64,000 nucleotides of DNA from an uncultured delta proteobacterium. GTDB lineage: Bacteria; Myxococcota_A; UBA9160; SZUA-336. The stretch spans positions 512,001 to 576,000 of the forward strand of contig CAVPHD010000003.1 of NCBI GenBank assembly GCA_963704165.1, read 5' to 3'. The translations under genes were made by a program, and so were the position numbers. Below the pieces are notes generated by a model, which did not search any database, was not told where the DNA came from, and saw nothing but the letters and a program-made list of their open reading frames with translations. Shown piece after piece: positions 21,290 through 32,285 of the stretch (the first letter of the stretch is position 1; each line of letters begins with the position of its first letter).

Positions 21290-21334
21290 CTAGTCCGTGC
21301 GCAGCGGGTCGAGGGTGGTCCACAGCATGGTCAT
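21290..21334 (-). CDS. Possible 12-14 aa upstream ORF (MTMLWTTLDPLRTD) before ctaA
   Basis: GAGGA SD at 21338-21342; ATGs at 21334 and 21328; TAG 4 nt before the ctaA ATG. Confidence 0.3.
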   Translation of the reverse strand: MTMLWTTLDPLRTD

Positions 21335-21417
21335 CGGTCCTCTGCCCCGGCCCGACGGGCGGTCGCAAGGTACTCAGCGCGCCAGACAGGGTCAAGCGAC
21401 GATCGCCGCGACCGCGT

Positions 21418-22584
21418 CTAATAGGACCGAGGCAGGTCGAGGACGTGCTCGGCGACGAAGTTCAGCGCCATCTCTTGCGAGATCGGCGCGAGCCGCATCA
21501 GGCGCGCCTCGCGCCAGTAGCGCTCGACGTGATACTCGCGTGCGTAGCCGAAGCCTCCGAAGGTCTGCAGCGCGCGATCGCAGGCGCGAAACGAGGCCTC
21601 CGCGGCGCGGAACTTCGCCATGTTCGCGAGCGGACCGGCGGGCTCGCCGCGATCGTAGGTCCAGGCCGCCTTCTGCCACAGCAGATCCGCGGCGAGCAGC
21701 TCGCTGTACGAGTCCGCGAGCGGGTGCGCGATCGCCTGGTTCTGCCCGATCGGCCGGTCGAAGACGATTCGCTCTCGCGCGTAGGCGACGGCGCGGTCGA
21801 GCGCTCGGAAGCCGATCCCGCAGGCCTCGGCCGACATCACGATCCGCTCGGGATTGAGACCGTCGAGCAGCGTGTAGAAGCCGCGCCCGACCTCGCCCAC
21901 GACGTCTTCGTCCGAGACGGGCAGATCGTGGATGAAGACCTCGTTCGAGTTGACCGCGTTGCGACCGAGCTTCGGGATCTCGCGGATCTCGCAGTGCGCC
22001 CGATCGAGATCCGCGAGGAAGAGCGTCATGCCGTCCATTCGGCGCTTGCATTCCTCGCGCGGCGTGGTGCGCGCGAGCAGCAGGATCTTCTGCGCCTGTT
22101 GCGCCTTGGTGTTCCAGATCTTCTTGCCGTTCACGATCCAGCGACCGCCGTCGCGCTTCGCGAAGGTCCGGATTCGCGAGGTGTCGGTGCCGGCATCGTC
22201 CTCGGTCACCCCGAACGAGACGTGCAGCTCACCGGTCGCGGTCGGCGGCAGATACTTCCGCTTCATCGCCTCGGAGCCGTGGTGGATCACCGGGCCCATG
22301 CCGAAGATCGACAGGTGCAGCGGCGAGGCCGCATTCATCGCGCCCGCGCTGGCCGAAACGGCTCGCAGCAGCGCGCCGGCATGCATGACGCCGAGTCCCG
22401 CCCCGCCGTACGCCTCCGGGACCAGCACGCCGATCCAGCCCGCGGCCGCGAAGGCGTTGTAGTAGTCCCAGGGAAAGAGCTTCTTCTCGTCGTGCTCGAG
22501 CCAGTAGTCGTCGTCGAAGGTGGCCGCGAGCTTGGCGGCCTCGGCGCTGATGCTCTCGTAGTCCGCGTCGGGGGCGAAATCCAT
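21418..22584 (-). CDS. Acyl-CoA dehydrogenase
   Basis: FGVTEDDAGTD, NGKKIW, LNPER, QTFGGFGYAREYHVERYWRE. Confidence 0.92.
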   Translation of the reverse strand: MDFAPDADYESISAEAAKLAATFDDDYWLEHDEKKLFPWDYYNAFAAAGWIGVLVPEAYGGAGLGVMHAGALLRAVSASAGAMNAASPLHLSIFGMGPVIHHGSEAMKRKYLPPTATGELHVSFGVTEDDAGTDTSRIRTFAKRDGGRWIVNGKKIWNTKAQQAQKILLLARTTPREECKRRMDGMTLFLADLDRAHCEIREIPKLGRNAVNSNEVFIHDLPVSDEDVVGEVGRGFYTLLDGLNPERIVMSAEACGIGFRALDRAVAYARERIVFDRPIGQNQAIAHPLADSYSELLAADLLWQKAAWTYDRGEPAGPLANMAKFRAAEASFRACDRALQTFGGFGYAREYHVERYWREARLMRLAPISQEMALNFVAEHVLDLPRSY

Positions 22585-22612
22585 GGGCTGGATTCTACGC
22601 CTCCGGAATCGC

Positions 22613-22783
22613 CTACTTCAGCTTCGCTTCCTTGAACACGACGTGCTTGCGCACGATCGGGTCGAACTTCTTGATCTCGAGCTTGTCGGGGGTGTTCTGC
22701 TTGTTCTTCCGTGTGGTGTAGAAGAATCCGGTCCCCGCGGTGCTCTCCAGCTTGATCTTCTCGCGCGCGCCCTTTTTCGCCAT
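22613..22783 (-). CDS. rpmG: 50S ribosomal protein L33 (Zn-free C-minus form)
   Basis: [52 protein letters not shown]. Confidence 0.96.
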   Translation of the reverse strand: MAKKGAREKIKLESTAGTGFFYTTRKNKQNTPDKLEIKKFDPIVRKHVVFKEAKLK

Positions 22784-22790
22784 GGGCGGC

Positions 22791-22799
22791 GTTATAGCA
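22791..22799 (-). promoter_or_regulatory. Extended -10 (TGcTATAAC) 7 nt upstream of the rpmG ATG; leaderless promoter
   Basis: Minus strand TGCTATAAC-GCCGCCC-ATG; no SD. Confidence 0.65.
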
Positions 22800-22841
22800 T
22801 GGTCCTTGACACCCCGCGCCCCCGGGTGTGAGGGTCCGCGC

Positions 22842-24038
22842 ATGGCTGCACCGCTCGAGGGAATCCGGGTCGTCGAGGTCGCGAGCTTCGTCGCCGCGCC
22901 GTCCGCGGGCGCGCTGCTGGCGGACCTGGGCGCGGAGGTGATCAAGGTCGAGGTCCCGGAAGGTGAGCTCTACCGGCACTCGCGCCCTCGCATGAACGGA
23001 TTCAAGAGCGACATCGACGTTTCCCCCGCCTTCGAGATGGACAACCGCGGCAAGCGCTCGCTCGCGCTCGACCTGGGCCGGCCCGGCGCAGCCGACGCGC
23101 TCGCACGCGTGATCGACCGCGCCGACATCGTCCTCACCAACCTGCTCCCGGGGCGGCAGCGCCGATTCGGCCTCGATCCCGATTCGCTTCGTCAGCGCAG
23201 ACCCGCGCTCATCCACGCGACACTGAACGGTTACGGCATGCGGGGCGACGAGGCCGACCGCCCCGCCTTCGACTACACCGCCTATTGGGCGCGCTCGGGG
23301 ATGATGGACATCATGCGCGCACCGGACGCGACGCCGGCGTTCCTGCGCCCGGGTGTCGGGGACCACGCCGCAGGCATGTCGCTCGTCTGCGGAATCCTCG
23401 CCGCGCTGCGCGTGCGCGACCGCACCGGCGTCGGACAGGCGATCGAAGTCTCGCTGCTGCAGATCGGCATGTACATCCAGGGCAACGATCTCTCGCAGGT
23501 GCTCGTCGCCGGCGAGAGCCCGCCGATGCACGACCGGAGGTGCCCGCGAAATCCGCTCTGGAATCTCTACCCGACCCGGGACGGGCGCTGGCTGATGCTC
23601 GTGATGATCGACTCGATCCGCTACTGGCCGTCGGTCTGCCGCGCGCTCGGACGCGAGGATCTGACCGCCGATCCGCGTTTCTCCGGTCCGGTCGAGCGCT
23701 TCAAGAACTCGAGCGAGCTCGTCGCGATCCTCGACCCGATCTTCCTCGCGCGCTCGCTCGACGAGTGGGAGCAGGAGCTCGAGAAATCCGGAATCATCTG
23801 GTCCGCGGTCCGCCACCTCGACGAAGTCGCTTCGGACCCACAGGCCCGCGAGATGGGCTACATACCGACCGTGCACCATCCACGTGTCGGCGATTTTCCG
23901 ACGGTGGGAACGCCCTTCCTGATGTCGGGCTTCCCGCTTCCCGCCAACCGACCCGCGCCCGAGCTCGGCGCCGATTCAGCCCAGGTCCTGCGCGAAGCCG
24001 GCCTCTCCGAGGACGAAATCGCGAAGCTCGTCGGCTGA
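22842..24038 (+). CDS. Family III CoA transferase (CaiB/BaiF)
   Basis: [47 protein letters not shown]. Confidence 0.92.
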   Translation: MAAPLEGIRVVEVASFVAAPSAGALLADLGAEVIKVEVPEGELYRHSRPRMNGFKSDIDVSPAFEMDNRGKRSLALDLGRPGAADALARVIDRADIVLTNLLPGRQRRFGLDPDSLRQRRPALIHATLNGYGMRGDEADRPAFDYTAYWARSGMMDIMRAPDATPAFLRPGVGDHAAGMSLVCGILAALRVRDRTGVGQAIEVSLLQIGMYIQGNDLSQVLVAGESPPMHDRRCPRNPLWNLYPTRDGRWLMLVMIDSIRYWPSVCRALGREDLTADPRFSGPVERFKNSSELVAILDPIFLARSLDEWEQELEKSGIIWSAVRHLDEVASDPQAREMGYIPTVHHPRVGDFPTVGTPFLMSGFPLPANRPAPELGADSAQVLREAGLSEDEIAKLVG

Positions 24039-24064
24039 CTCGCACCCGCGCGGGAGAGGAGCGC

Positions 24065-24931
24065 ATGAAGGGAATCGTTCTCGCAGGCGGCGCCGGTTCG
24101 CGTCTGCACCCGCTGACGCAGGTCGCGAGCAAGCAGCTCCAACCCGTCTACGACAAGCCGATGATCTACTACCCGATCGCGACGCTCATGCTCGCGGGAA
24201 TTCGGGAGATCCTGCTGATCTCAACGCCGCAGGACGTCCCGCGCTTCGAAGCGCTGCTCGGCACCGGATCGAGTTGGGGCGTCACGATCTCGTACGCCGT
24301 GCAGAAGGAGCCGAAGGGCATCGCTCAGGCGTTTCTGGTCGGTGAGCGCTTCATCGCCGGCGGGGACGTCGCTCTGATCCTCGGCGACAACATCTTCTAT
24401 GGCCGCATGCGACTCGACGAGATCGTGCGCGACTTCCGATCCGGTGCCGTGATCTTCGGCTATCCGGTACGCGATCCCGAGCGCTACGGCGTGGTCGAGT
24501 TCGACGAGAGCGGCGTCGTGCTCTCGCTGGTGGAGAAGCCGAAGCAGCCGCGCTCGAACCTGGCCGTGCCCGGCATCTACCTCTACGACGCGACGGTCGT
24601 CGAGCGCACGAAGCGCCTGCGGCCGTCCGAGCGCGGAGAGCTCGAGATCACGGATCTGAATCGCTCGTATCTCGAGAGCGGCGACCTTCGCGCGCTGCGG
24701 CTGGGCCGCGGCATCGCGTGGCTCGACACCGGCACGCACGAGAGCCTGCTCGAGGCCGCGAACTTCATCGCCACGATCGAGCAGCGGCAGGGACTGAAGA
24801 TCGCCTGTCCCGAGGAGGTCGCGTTCCGGCAGGGCTTCATCGACGCGACCGGCCTCGAACGCGCCGCCGCTTCGATGCCGGCATCCCCCTACCGCGACTA
24901 CTGCGCAGCGCTCTTGCACGAAACGGAATGA
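24065..24931 (+). CDS. rfbA: Glucose-1-phosphate thymidylyltransferase
   Basis: MKGIVLAGGAGSRLHP, KQLQPVYDKPMIYYP, RGELEITD, WLDTGT. Confidence 0.95.
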   Translation: MKGIVLAGGAGSRLHPLTQVASKQLQPVYDKPMIYYPIATLMLAGIREILLISTPQDVPRFEALLGTGSSWGVTISYAVQKEPKGIAQAFLVGERFIAGGDVALILGDNIFYGRMRLDEIVRDFRSGAVIFGYPVRDPERYGVVEFDESGVVLSLVEKPKQPRSNLAVPGIYLYDATVVERTKRLRPSERGELEITDLNRSYLESGDLRALRLGRGIAWLDTGTHESLLEAANFIATIEQRQGLKIACPEEVAFRQGFIDATGLERAAASMPASPYRDYCAALLHETE

Positions 24932-25338
24932 GCGGATCCGTCTTCCGACGCACGCGCGTGATCGAGGCCTCGGACTGCGACGAGCTCGGCCACGTGAACA
25001 ACGTGCGCTGGCTCGGCTTCGTCGGCGAGCTCGCCGGTGCGCACGCGGTCCGTCGGGGCTCGGACAACGACACGTTGCGCGAACAGGGGTCGCTGTGGAT
25101 CGTGCGTCGTCACGAGATCGACTACCAGCGCTCGGCGCTGCCGGGCGAAGAGATCGTCGAGGAGACGTGGGTCGAGACGATGAGCGGCGCGCGCAGCGTC
25201 CGGCACTCGCGCTTCACGCGCGCGACGGACGGGGTCCTGCTCGTATCGGCGGTCACGACCTGGGCGTACGTCGACGCGAAGACGCAGCGGCCGCGCAGGA
25301 TCCCGCCCGAGCTGATCGAGCGCTTTCGCCGCAGCTGA
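24928..25338 (+). CDS. Acyl-CoA thioesterase (hot-dog fold)
   Basis: DELGHVNNVRW, VRRHEIDY, RPRRIP; ATGA overlap with rfbA. Confidence 0.88.
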   Translation: MSGSVFRRTRVIEASDCDELGHVNNVRWLGFVGELAGAHAVRRGSDNDTLREQGSLWIVRRHEIDYQRSALPGEEIVEETWVETMSGARSVRHSRFTRATDGVLLVSAVTTWAYVDAKTQRPRRIPPELIERFRRS

Positions 25339-25364
25339 ACGCCACCCCCGTGTCGAATACGGGA

Positions 25365-27401
25365 CTACTTCCCCGCGTTGGCCGCGACCGACTCTCGTTG
25401 GACCGACTCCCACCATCGGATCAGCTGCTCGAACTCCGGGCTGTCGTCGTGCACGCGCGACGTGGTGTCGAAACGCAACTCGGTGTCGATGCCCCGAAGA
25501 CAGAGCAGGCGCGGGTGCTCCGGCACGGCCATGTACTGCAGGATGCGGCGCGTCGGGTCTGGAACGAAACGCACGCTTGGCGGTTCCGGACCGCGAGCGG
25601 ACGAGAGCGAGCGCTGCAGCGCCGCTCGGAGGTCCGAGAGTCCGAGCGGCTCCGGCCATTCCCCACCGAGGCCGGACACGACGAGCGGAACACGTGTCTG
25701 TGTCGCATCCAGCGCGAGACCGTGGCCGAGCACGCCGTCCTCGAAGAGCGCCTCCCCGTGGTCCGACGTCACGATCACGGCAAGCTCGTCGCTCCCGATC
25801 CTGGCGCGCAGCGCGGCGACCAGCACCTCGATCGCGCGATCGACGTTGGCCGCCGAATTCGCGTAGGTCGCGTAGACACCGCTCGGATTCCCCGGCCGGA
25901 TCCGATTGCGTGGCAGTCTCTCGACGCCGAGCAGGTCGTCGAGTTCGCGATGGTCGTAGGGGAAGTGCGTGTCGCCATAGTTCACGTAGAGAAGCAGCGG
26001 CGTCGCCGGATCCCAGGTTTCGAGGTAGCCGAAGACGTGCTCGTTCAATCGCTTCCACGAGATGGCGAGACTTCCCGAGGTGTGAAACGGAGAGATGCTT
26101 CGGTCCGCGTCGTCGCGGGCATCGAAGTGGACGTCCACGCGCTCCAGGCCGAGCATCGAGCTCTCGCGCGCACCGAAGGATTCGTCCTGGGCCGAGAACC
26201 AGGCCACCGCGTATCCGTTGGCATGGAAGTCGTCGACGATGGTCGACTGACCCGGAAAGGGCGCCAGCCGTCCGCCCATCAGCTGGCCCCGCGAGCGCGC
26301 GGTGTAGGGCGAGTTCGCATAGGTGTCCGCGGAGCTCGCACCCGTCGCCGCGAGGCGGTTCAGGAACGGCGTGATCTCGCGACCGCCGAGCGAGCTCCCG
26401 ATCGAGTCCGCGCGCATCCCTTCGAGGAAGACGAGCAGAACGTGAGGCCGGGACGCGAAGACCGGTCGCTCGACGAACAGGTCCGGCGGCGGCCGGAAAT
26501 CCGCGGGGTGATCACCCGCGAGTCCGTTCTCGTCGACGCCGTTCCCGGGCAGATCGAGCGCGAACGGGTCTCGCGCAGCGTCGAACGGCGCCGGGTCGAT
26601 CGGCCGCTTCGCGAGCCCGTAGCCGTCGAAGTCGAAATCGGTGATCCGCCCCGTGAGTGCCGTCAGTGCGAGCCCCGAGGCCTTGCGTTCGAGCGCTTCG
26701 CAGCCGGCGCCGCCGCGAAGACAGAACGGCGGGAGAACGGCCGCACTCGAAACGAGCGTGAGCGCGCAGAGGGCGAGCGCGCTCGACGCCGCGGGCAGCC
26801 CGATCCGTGCGGGAATCGCGGACCGTGCACTCGCGCGCAGCGAACGCACCAGCAGGATCGCTGCGGCGATCGTCACCGCGACACCGCCCGCGATCGGCAG
26901 GACGTGCGCACTTCCCTGTGCGAACCACTCCAGCGGAGATCCACCGGCGAGCGCGAGCAGCAGGCCCGGATCGAGCAGATCTCCCATGTATCGCGAGAGC
27001 TGGTACCGCACGTAGACGAAGACGAGCGGAGGGACGAGCGCGACGAGCGCGGCGGTCGCGAGATTCTGGCGAATGGACAGGCGCAGGCGCGCGAGCAGCG
27101 GGAGCGCGACGCCCCACGAGAACAACACCAGCGTGAGATCGAAGACGAGCGAGGCCATGAGAAACAGGCCGAAGGAGATCGGCGTGTTCAGCGGCTCGAC
27201 CACGAGAAAGCCGCCCGAGAAGAGATCGGTGGCCCGCGCGGTGAGCAGGGATTCGACCAGCGTCAGGAATCCCGCGCACAAGCCGAGCAGCAGCCACCAC
27301 GGACGGCTCCACCCGCGAGGCGATGCGAACGAGCCATTCACCGGTACACTCCGAGCGCAGCTCCTGCCGATGGGCCCGCCTTGGGCGTGAATCTCGCGCA
27401 C
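25365..27401 (-). CDS. Membrane-anchored sulfatase-like hydrolase/phosphotransferase (LtaS/EptA-like fold)
   Basis: About 5 N-terminal TM helices; VFLEGMRAD, putative Thr nucleophile (PYTARS), THFPY, TSDHGE, GHG; start uncertain (GTG 27341 possible). Confidence 0.78.
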   Translation of the reverse strand: MREIHAQGGPIGRSCARSVPVNGSFASPRGWSRPWWLLLGLCAGFLTLVESLLTARATDLFSGGFLVVEPLNTPISFGLFLMASLVFDLTLVLFSWGVALPLLARLRLSIRQNLATAALVALVPPLVFVYVRYQLSRYMGDLLDPGLLLALAGGSPLEWFAQGSAHVLPIAGGVAVTIAAAILLVRSLRASARSAIPARIGLPAASSALALCALTLVSSAAVLPPFCLRGGAGCEALERKASGLALTALTGRITDFDFDGYGLAKRPIDPAPFDAARDPFALDLPGNGVDENGLAGDHPADFRPPPDLFVERPVFASRPHVLLVFLEGMRADSIGSSLGGREITPFLNRLAATGASSADTYANSPYTARSRGQLMGGRLAPFPGQSTIVDDFHANGYAVAWFSAQDESFGARESSMLGLERVDVHFDARDDADRSISPFHTSGSLAISWKRLNEHVFGYLETWDPATPLLLYVNYGDTHFPYDHRELDDLLGVERLPRNRIRPGNPSGVYATYANSAANVDRAIEVLVAALRARIGSDELAVIVTSDHGEALFEDGVLGHGLALDATQTRVPLVVSGLGGEWPEPLGLSDLRAALQRSLSSARGPEPPSVRFVPDPTRRILQYMAVPEHPRLLCLRGIDTELRFDTTSRVHDDSPEFEQLIRWWESVQRESVAANAGK

Positions 27402-27465
27402 AATAGCGCCGGGACGGGTCAGGCGCCTCGGCAGTGTCTACGGGTCGTGGTCGGGAGAGAGACGA

Positions 27466-29110
27466 ATGCAGGCCGAGGCTGATTCGAAGCTCGACCACGC
27501 ACCCTTCCCTTCGTCCATCCCCTTGGATCGGCGCTTCGCGGCGATCGCGGCCGTCGCGCTCGTCGCCGTCTGCGCGCTCCTGTGGCTGATCGGTTGGAAC
27601 TCTCCGCGGCTGGATCTCCGCCTGGCCCCGCTTCGCAGACGACGCCTACTACTACCTGGTCATCGCACGAAATGCGGCTGCGGGCCACGGCTTCACGATG
27701 GATCGGATCTCGCAGACGAACGGATTCCAGCCACTCTGGATGTTCACGCTCGTGCCGATCGCCCGACTCGTTGGCAGTGACGTGAACGTCTTGCTGCTCG
27801 TGGTGCAAGGCCTCTGCGTCGCGCTCTTCGCGGGGGTGGGTGGACTTCTCTGTGGCTTCGTGCGCGCGCGACTCGGATGGGTGCCGGCATTGGTCGTCGG
27901 CCTGCTGCTGCTCTTCCCACGGGTCGAGAACGTCATCACTTCGGGGATGGAGTCCGCGCTCGTCGTACTGATCGTGACGACGCTGATCATCGAGGTGCTC
28001 CGCACCGGGGCGCTGACGAACCCCGAGCCGCGGCTCTCGGATGCGCGCACGGGCACGCTTGTGGGATTGCTGATGCTCGCGCGACTCGACTCCGTCTTCG
28101 TCGCGCTGACGCTCGCCGGGTTCGTCGCGGTACAGGGCCTGACTCGCGGCGAGGGGACGATCCGCGACCGCATCTCGCGGACGGTGCGCAAGGGACTCGT
28201 GGTCTTCTGGCCGTCCGTCCTGCTCGTCACACCGTATCTCACCTGGAATCTCCTCACGTTCGGTCACTTCGTGCCAATCAGCGGCACGCTCAAGACCAAC
28301 TTCCCCGTCGCTGGCTTCAATCCCGCGCACCTGAATGCCGAGCACGTGGTCTTCTTCGCCCTCGCCCTGGGTGGCATCGCTCACGAGATCTGGCGCGGAA
28401 GATCCAAGGATCCACTGGTCCAGCTTCTCGTGGTGCTGTCGATCGGCCTCGCGCTGCACGCGCTCCACACGGTCGTGTTCATGCGCTGGGCGGTGTTCGC
28501 CTGGCACTTCGCCGCGCTGATTCCCGCGGGGGCGATCGGTGCGGCGCTTCTCACGCGTGGCGCGGCGGAACTCTTCCCGCGCTCGCTCGTGGTGGCCGGC
28601 CTCATCGGTCTCGCGGTCTTCCAGATCCTGGCGCTCTCGCTCTCCCTCTCGAGACTCGGCCATACGTTCACCGTCGCGTCGCGCGAGGGCGGCGAGTGGG
28701 TCGCTTCGAACCTTCCACCGGATGCGGTGCTCGGCATGAAGGACAGCGGGATCTTCAGCTACTTCTCCCGGCGCCGGGTCATGAATCTCGATGGTGTCGC
28801 GAACGGTTTCGAGTTCGCCAATGCCGTTTGCCGGGGCGGGATCGAGGAGTTCGTCCTCGACCACGGCGTCGAATACATCGCGCAGCACAGCGTTCCGCAG
28901 AACGTTCGCCGCGGGGACTACGAGTCGTACAAGCAGCGCTATCCCTGCGGTCGGCCGGGCGGCGAGGACGGCGAGCTCGAGCTGCGACGCGAGCTCGAGA
29001 TCTATCGAGGAACGCCGTACAAGAACAACGCCGGTCGCCAGGAACAACTCGTGATCTGGCGTCTCGCGCGCGACTCGAAGGTCGAGGCCGGAGCGGACGC
29101 GCGCCGCTAG
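27466..29110 (+). CDS. Polytopic membrane protein of GT-C glycosyltransferase type, frameshift near 27625
   Basis: After the frameshift reads DDAYYYLVIARN...TNGFQPLW; SGMES, LARLD; soluble tail with DSGIFSY and NLDGVAN. Confidence 0.72.
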
Positions 29111-29817
29111 ACCGCGGGCACCGGCCGCAACGGGCGCTCCCGGCCCGCGCGCCAGAGATCGACGTAGCGCGGATCCTCGTAACTCTCGTCCGAACGGGCA
29201 CCCACGGCATCGAGAACCGCCGAGACCATCGAGTCCCCCGTGCGCGGATGCGCGCTGACGCTCCAGAACGGCGACGCCAGCAGATACGGTACGACGAGCC
29301 TTCCCTTGCGCCGCGGCCCGAGCAAGAGCTGCGCCCCCGGCAGCGCGGCGTCGTCGATCAGCACCCGGGATCCCGGTCCGAAGCGCGGCTCGAGCTGGAG
29401 GAACTCGCGCAGCGTGCGCGTCGCGGACGGCGCGGAGTCGAAAAGCGCGAAGTCCACCCGCTCGTGTCGGGAGCTGATCTGCGCGAGGCTGGTGAGGCTG
29501 TCGCCGGCGAGGAACGTCACCCCGGCGAGGTCGTCGCACGCGTTCTCGCGCAGCTCGTCGAACTTCTTCGGCTCGAGATCGCACGCGTAGACGCGCGCCC
29601 CGGTTCGCCGTGCGACTCCGGCCAGCGCGAGCGTCGAGGCACCGCAACCGGTCTGGACGAAGACGAGGCGCTGTCCGGGCTCGGGTCGAAGGTCGCCGAG
29701 GAGCTCCTCGATCAGGGCACCGGGATCCCGGGTCCGCAGAAGGCGCCGGAATACCCTTCCGGCACGACTGCGCAGAGCCTGCCAGCGACTGGCCATCCGC
29801 ACGGTCTCCGCGTTCAT
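29107..29817 (-). CDS. Class I SAM-dependent methyltransferase-like protein
   Basis: VQTGCGAST, YACDL, GDSL, DFALFDS, VLIDD. Confidence 0.72.
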   Translation of the reverse strand: MNAETVRMASRWQALRSRAGRVFRRLLRTRDPGALIEELLGDLRPEPGQRLVFVQTGCGASTLALAGVARRTGARVYACDLEPKKFDELRENACDDLAGVTFLAGDSLTSLAQISSRHERVDFALFDSAPSATRTLREFLQLEPRFGPGSRVLIDDAALPGAQLLLGPRRKGRLVVPYLLASPFWSVSAHPRTGDSMVSAVLDAVGARSDESYEDPRYVDLWRAGRERPLRPVPAV

Positions 29818-30007
29818 CTCGATTCGAGATTCTGTACGCGACGACGCGGTGCGGCAACACCCGATCGCGACACCCTCACCCACGAAGCTGTGCGGCCGAA
29901 ACGCTTCGCGGTATGGTGGCGACGTGACGGGATCCCTGCCACTTCGAGCCGCACCGCGTGCACCGCGCGGACTGGCCGTGCCCTTGATTCTGCCCCCGTC
30001 GATCGAC

Positions 30008-32281
30008 ATGCCCCGGGACTCCCGGCCGCGCATCTACCTCGCGCCGATCGAGAGGTCACTCGACCTGCGTGTCCTGCTCGCGAGCCTCGCGCGTGCGGGG
30101 CTCGCCGTTCCCCGCTGGGTTCCGTCGTCGCACCGAAGCGGCGCCGAGGACCGCATTCGCGAGGCCTTTCTCGACGGGGAGCCGGTCCTCGTTCCGCTCT
30201 CGCCCCCGCGCAAGGGCTCCGACCGCCTCGCCCGGCTGCTCGCCTTCGCGCAGAAGGCGGACGTCGAGGTCGACCTCGTGCCGGTGGAATTGCTCTGGGG
30301 ACCGGTCGAGCGCCCCCCTTCGCTGTGGAACCTGCCGTTCGGCAATCCGTACGACCCTCGAGGCTGGACCCGCTGGTTGCGCCTTCTCCGCTCCGGGTAC
30401 GCGCGCGTCGTGGTCGGCGTTCCGGGAACCCGGACGGCGCTCGAGGCGGAGTCCCACCTGCAAGGCGACAAGCTCGCGCTCTCCACCTTCGTGCGCGTCC
30501 AAGGCGTGAAGGCGCTCTCGCTCGCGCAGCGGCAGGTCTTCGGCGATCGCTACAAGGTGCCTCGATTTCTCGCCGAGCAGATTCTCGGGGACGTGAGCTT
30601 CCAGGATCAGCTCGCCGCCGCCGGTGCGACTCAGGGACTGACTCGGGACGAGTCGCTCGAACGAGGCGAACGGGCTCTCCGCGAGCTCGCGACCAGTCAC
30701 AACCTGTTCTCGATGGAGATCTTCCGGCGGTTCTCGCGCTGGGTGTGTTCGATGGCGTTCGATCCGGAGTTCGACGTCGATCCGGGCGAGCTCGAAAAGC
30801 TGCGTCAGCTCGGCCGGCGGGCACCACTCGTCTTCATCCCGTCGCACAAATCCAACTTCGACCACATGTCGCTCTACTCGCTGCTGTTCTCGTCCGGATT
30901 CCCGCCGCCGCACACCGCGGCGGGAATCAACATGTCGTTCTTCCCGATGAGCCGAATCCTGCCCGGGACCGGCGCATACTTCCTGCGCCGCTCCTTCCAG
31001 GACGATCCGATCTACAAGGAGTCACTGCGCGGCTTCATCAACACGCTCGTCCAGCACCGTTTCCACCAGGAGTTCTTCATCGAGGGCGGGCGCTCGCGAT
31101 CGGGCAAATTGCTGCCTCCTCGCTACGGAATCCTGAACTACATCGTCGACGGGGCGCGACGAAGCGACATCAACGAAGTGCTCTTCATCCCGACGTCGAT
31201 CTCGTACGACCAGATCCTCGAGCTCGCGGAGTACGTGCGCCAGAATCTCGGCGACGAGAAGGAGGCCGAGAGTTTCGTCTTCCTGCTGCGCCAGATCCGT
31301 GCCGCACGCGCGCGGAAGCTCGGGCGCATCCACCTGCGTTTCGCCGAGCCGATCTCGCTTCGCGAGTACCTCGATCGCAGCGGCGACGACCGGCTCGTGG
31401 TCGAGAAGCTCGCATTTCGGATCTCGAATCAGATCAATGCCGTCACTCCGATCACGCCGGCCTCGCTCGCCTGCTCGGTGCTGCTCGGCGCCGGCAAGCG
31501 AGCGCTCGGCGAAGCGGAGTTCGTCGCGCAAGCCACACGGCTCGTGGACTACGCGCACGAGCGGGGCATCGACATGACCGGCGAGGTCGAAGCGGGCGCA
31601 GAATCCGCTTTGCGCTGCGCCGCCGAGGCGCTCGCCGGTACGGGCGTGATCGAGCGCTACGCGGGGGGCGTGGAGCCCGTCTATTACGTGACCGAGAAGG
31701 GTCGACACGCCGCGTCCTACTACCGCAACACCGTGATCCACTTCATGCTCGCACGCGCCATCGCCGAGCTCGCCATGCGCGCGGCCGCCTCCAGTGAGAA
31801 CGGCCAGCGCGACGCGCGAAGCTGGGCCCTGCGTCTGCGCGAGCTGCTGAAATTCGAGTTCTTCTTTGCCGAGCGCGACGCGTTCGTCCGCGAGTTCGAG
31901 CGCGAGCAGCAGCGGCTCGCGCGCGAAGCGGCGGCGGGACTGACTCCGCTGCTCGCCGGTGGCCCGCGAATCCTGCTCGACTTCATCGAGAGCTACTGGG
32001 TGGTCGCGGAGACGCTGCGAACGCTGCGCTCGGCTGCGGAGCCGGCCGCGCGCGCGGTCGTGCTGCGGCGCTGTCACGACCTCGGCCGCCAGCTCCTGCT
32101 TCAGGACCGGGTTCAGTCGCCCGAGCTGCTCTCCAACATGAACTTCGGGAACGCGCTGAAGCTGCTCGAGAATCTCGGCGCCGCCGAGCGTGACGGCGAA
32201 CGCTGGCGAGCGGGCTCGGCGGAGCGGCTCGACGACCTGGTTCGCGACCTCGAACGCCTGATTGCGCTGGCGCGAAGCTGA
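30008..32281 (+). CDS. plsB: Glycerol-3-phosphate acyltransferase (PlsB-like)
   Basis: HxxxxD (PSHKSNFD), GAYFLRR, FFIEGGRSRSGK, PTSISYD, YYRN. Confidence 0.87.
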   Translation: MPRDSRPRIYLAPIERSLDLRVLLASLARAGLAVPRWVPSSHRSGAEDRIREAFLDGEPVLVPLSPPRKGSDRLARLLAFAQKADVEVDLVPVELLWGPVERPPSLWNLPFGNPYDPRGWTRWLRLLRSGYARVVVGVPGTRTALEAESHLQGDKLALSTFVRVQGVKALSLAQRQVFGDRYKVPRFLAEQILGDVSFQDQLAAAGATQGLTRDESLERGERALRELATSHNLFSMEIFRRFSRWVCSMAFDPEFDVDPGELEKLRQLGRRAPLVFIPSHKSNFDHMSLYSLLFSSGFPPPHTAAGINMSFFPMSRILPGTGAYFLRRSFQDDPIYKESLRGFINTLVQHRFHQEFFIEGGRSRSGKLLPPRYGILNYIVDGARRSDINEVLFIPTSISYDQILELAEYVRQNLGDEKEAESFVFLLRQIRAARARKLGRIHLRFAEPISLREYLDRSGDDRLVVEKLAFRISNQINAVTPITPASLACSVLLGAGKRALGEAEFVAQATRLVDYAHERGIDMTGEVEAGAESALRCAAEALAGTGVIERYAGGVEPVYYVTEKGRHAASYYRNTVIHFMLARAIAELAMRAAASSENGQRDARSWALRLRELLKFEFFFAERDAFVREFEREQQRLAREAAAGLTPLLAGGPRILLDFIESYWVVAETLRTLRSAAEPAARAVVLRRCHDLGRQLLLQDRVQSPELLSNMNFGNALKLLENLGAAERDGERWRAGSAERLDDLVRDLERLIALARS

Positions 32282-32285
32282 GGCG

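Noticed and set aside
27877..31797. 1306-aa ORF and similar long off-frame ORFs (27419-29860, 59711-62692, 56646-58862)
   Set aside because: They overlap well-supported genes in other frames and are low-complexity Arg/Pro/Ala translations
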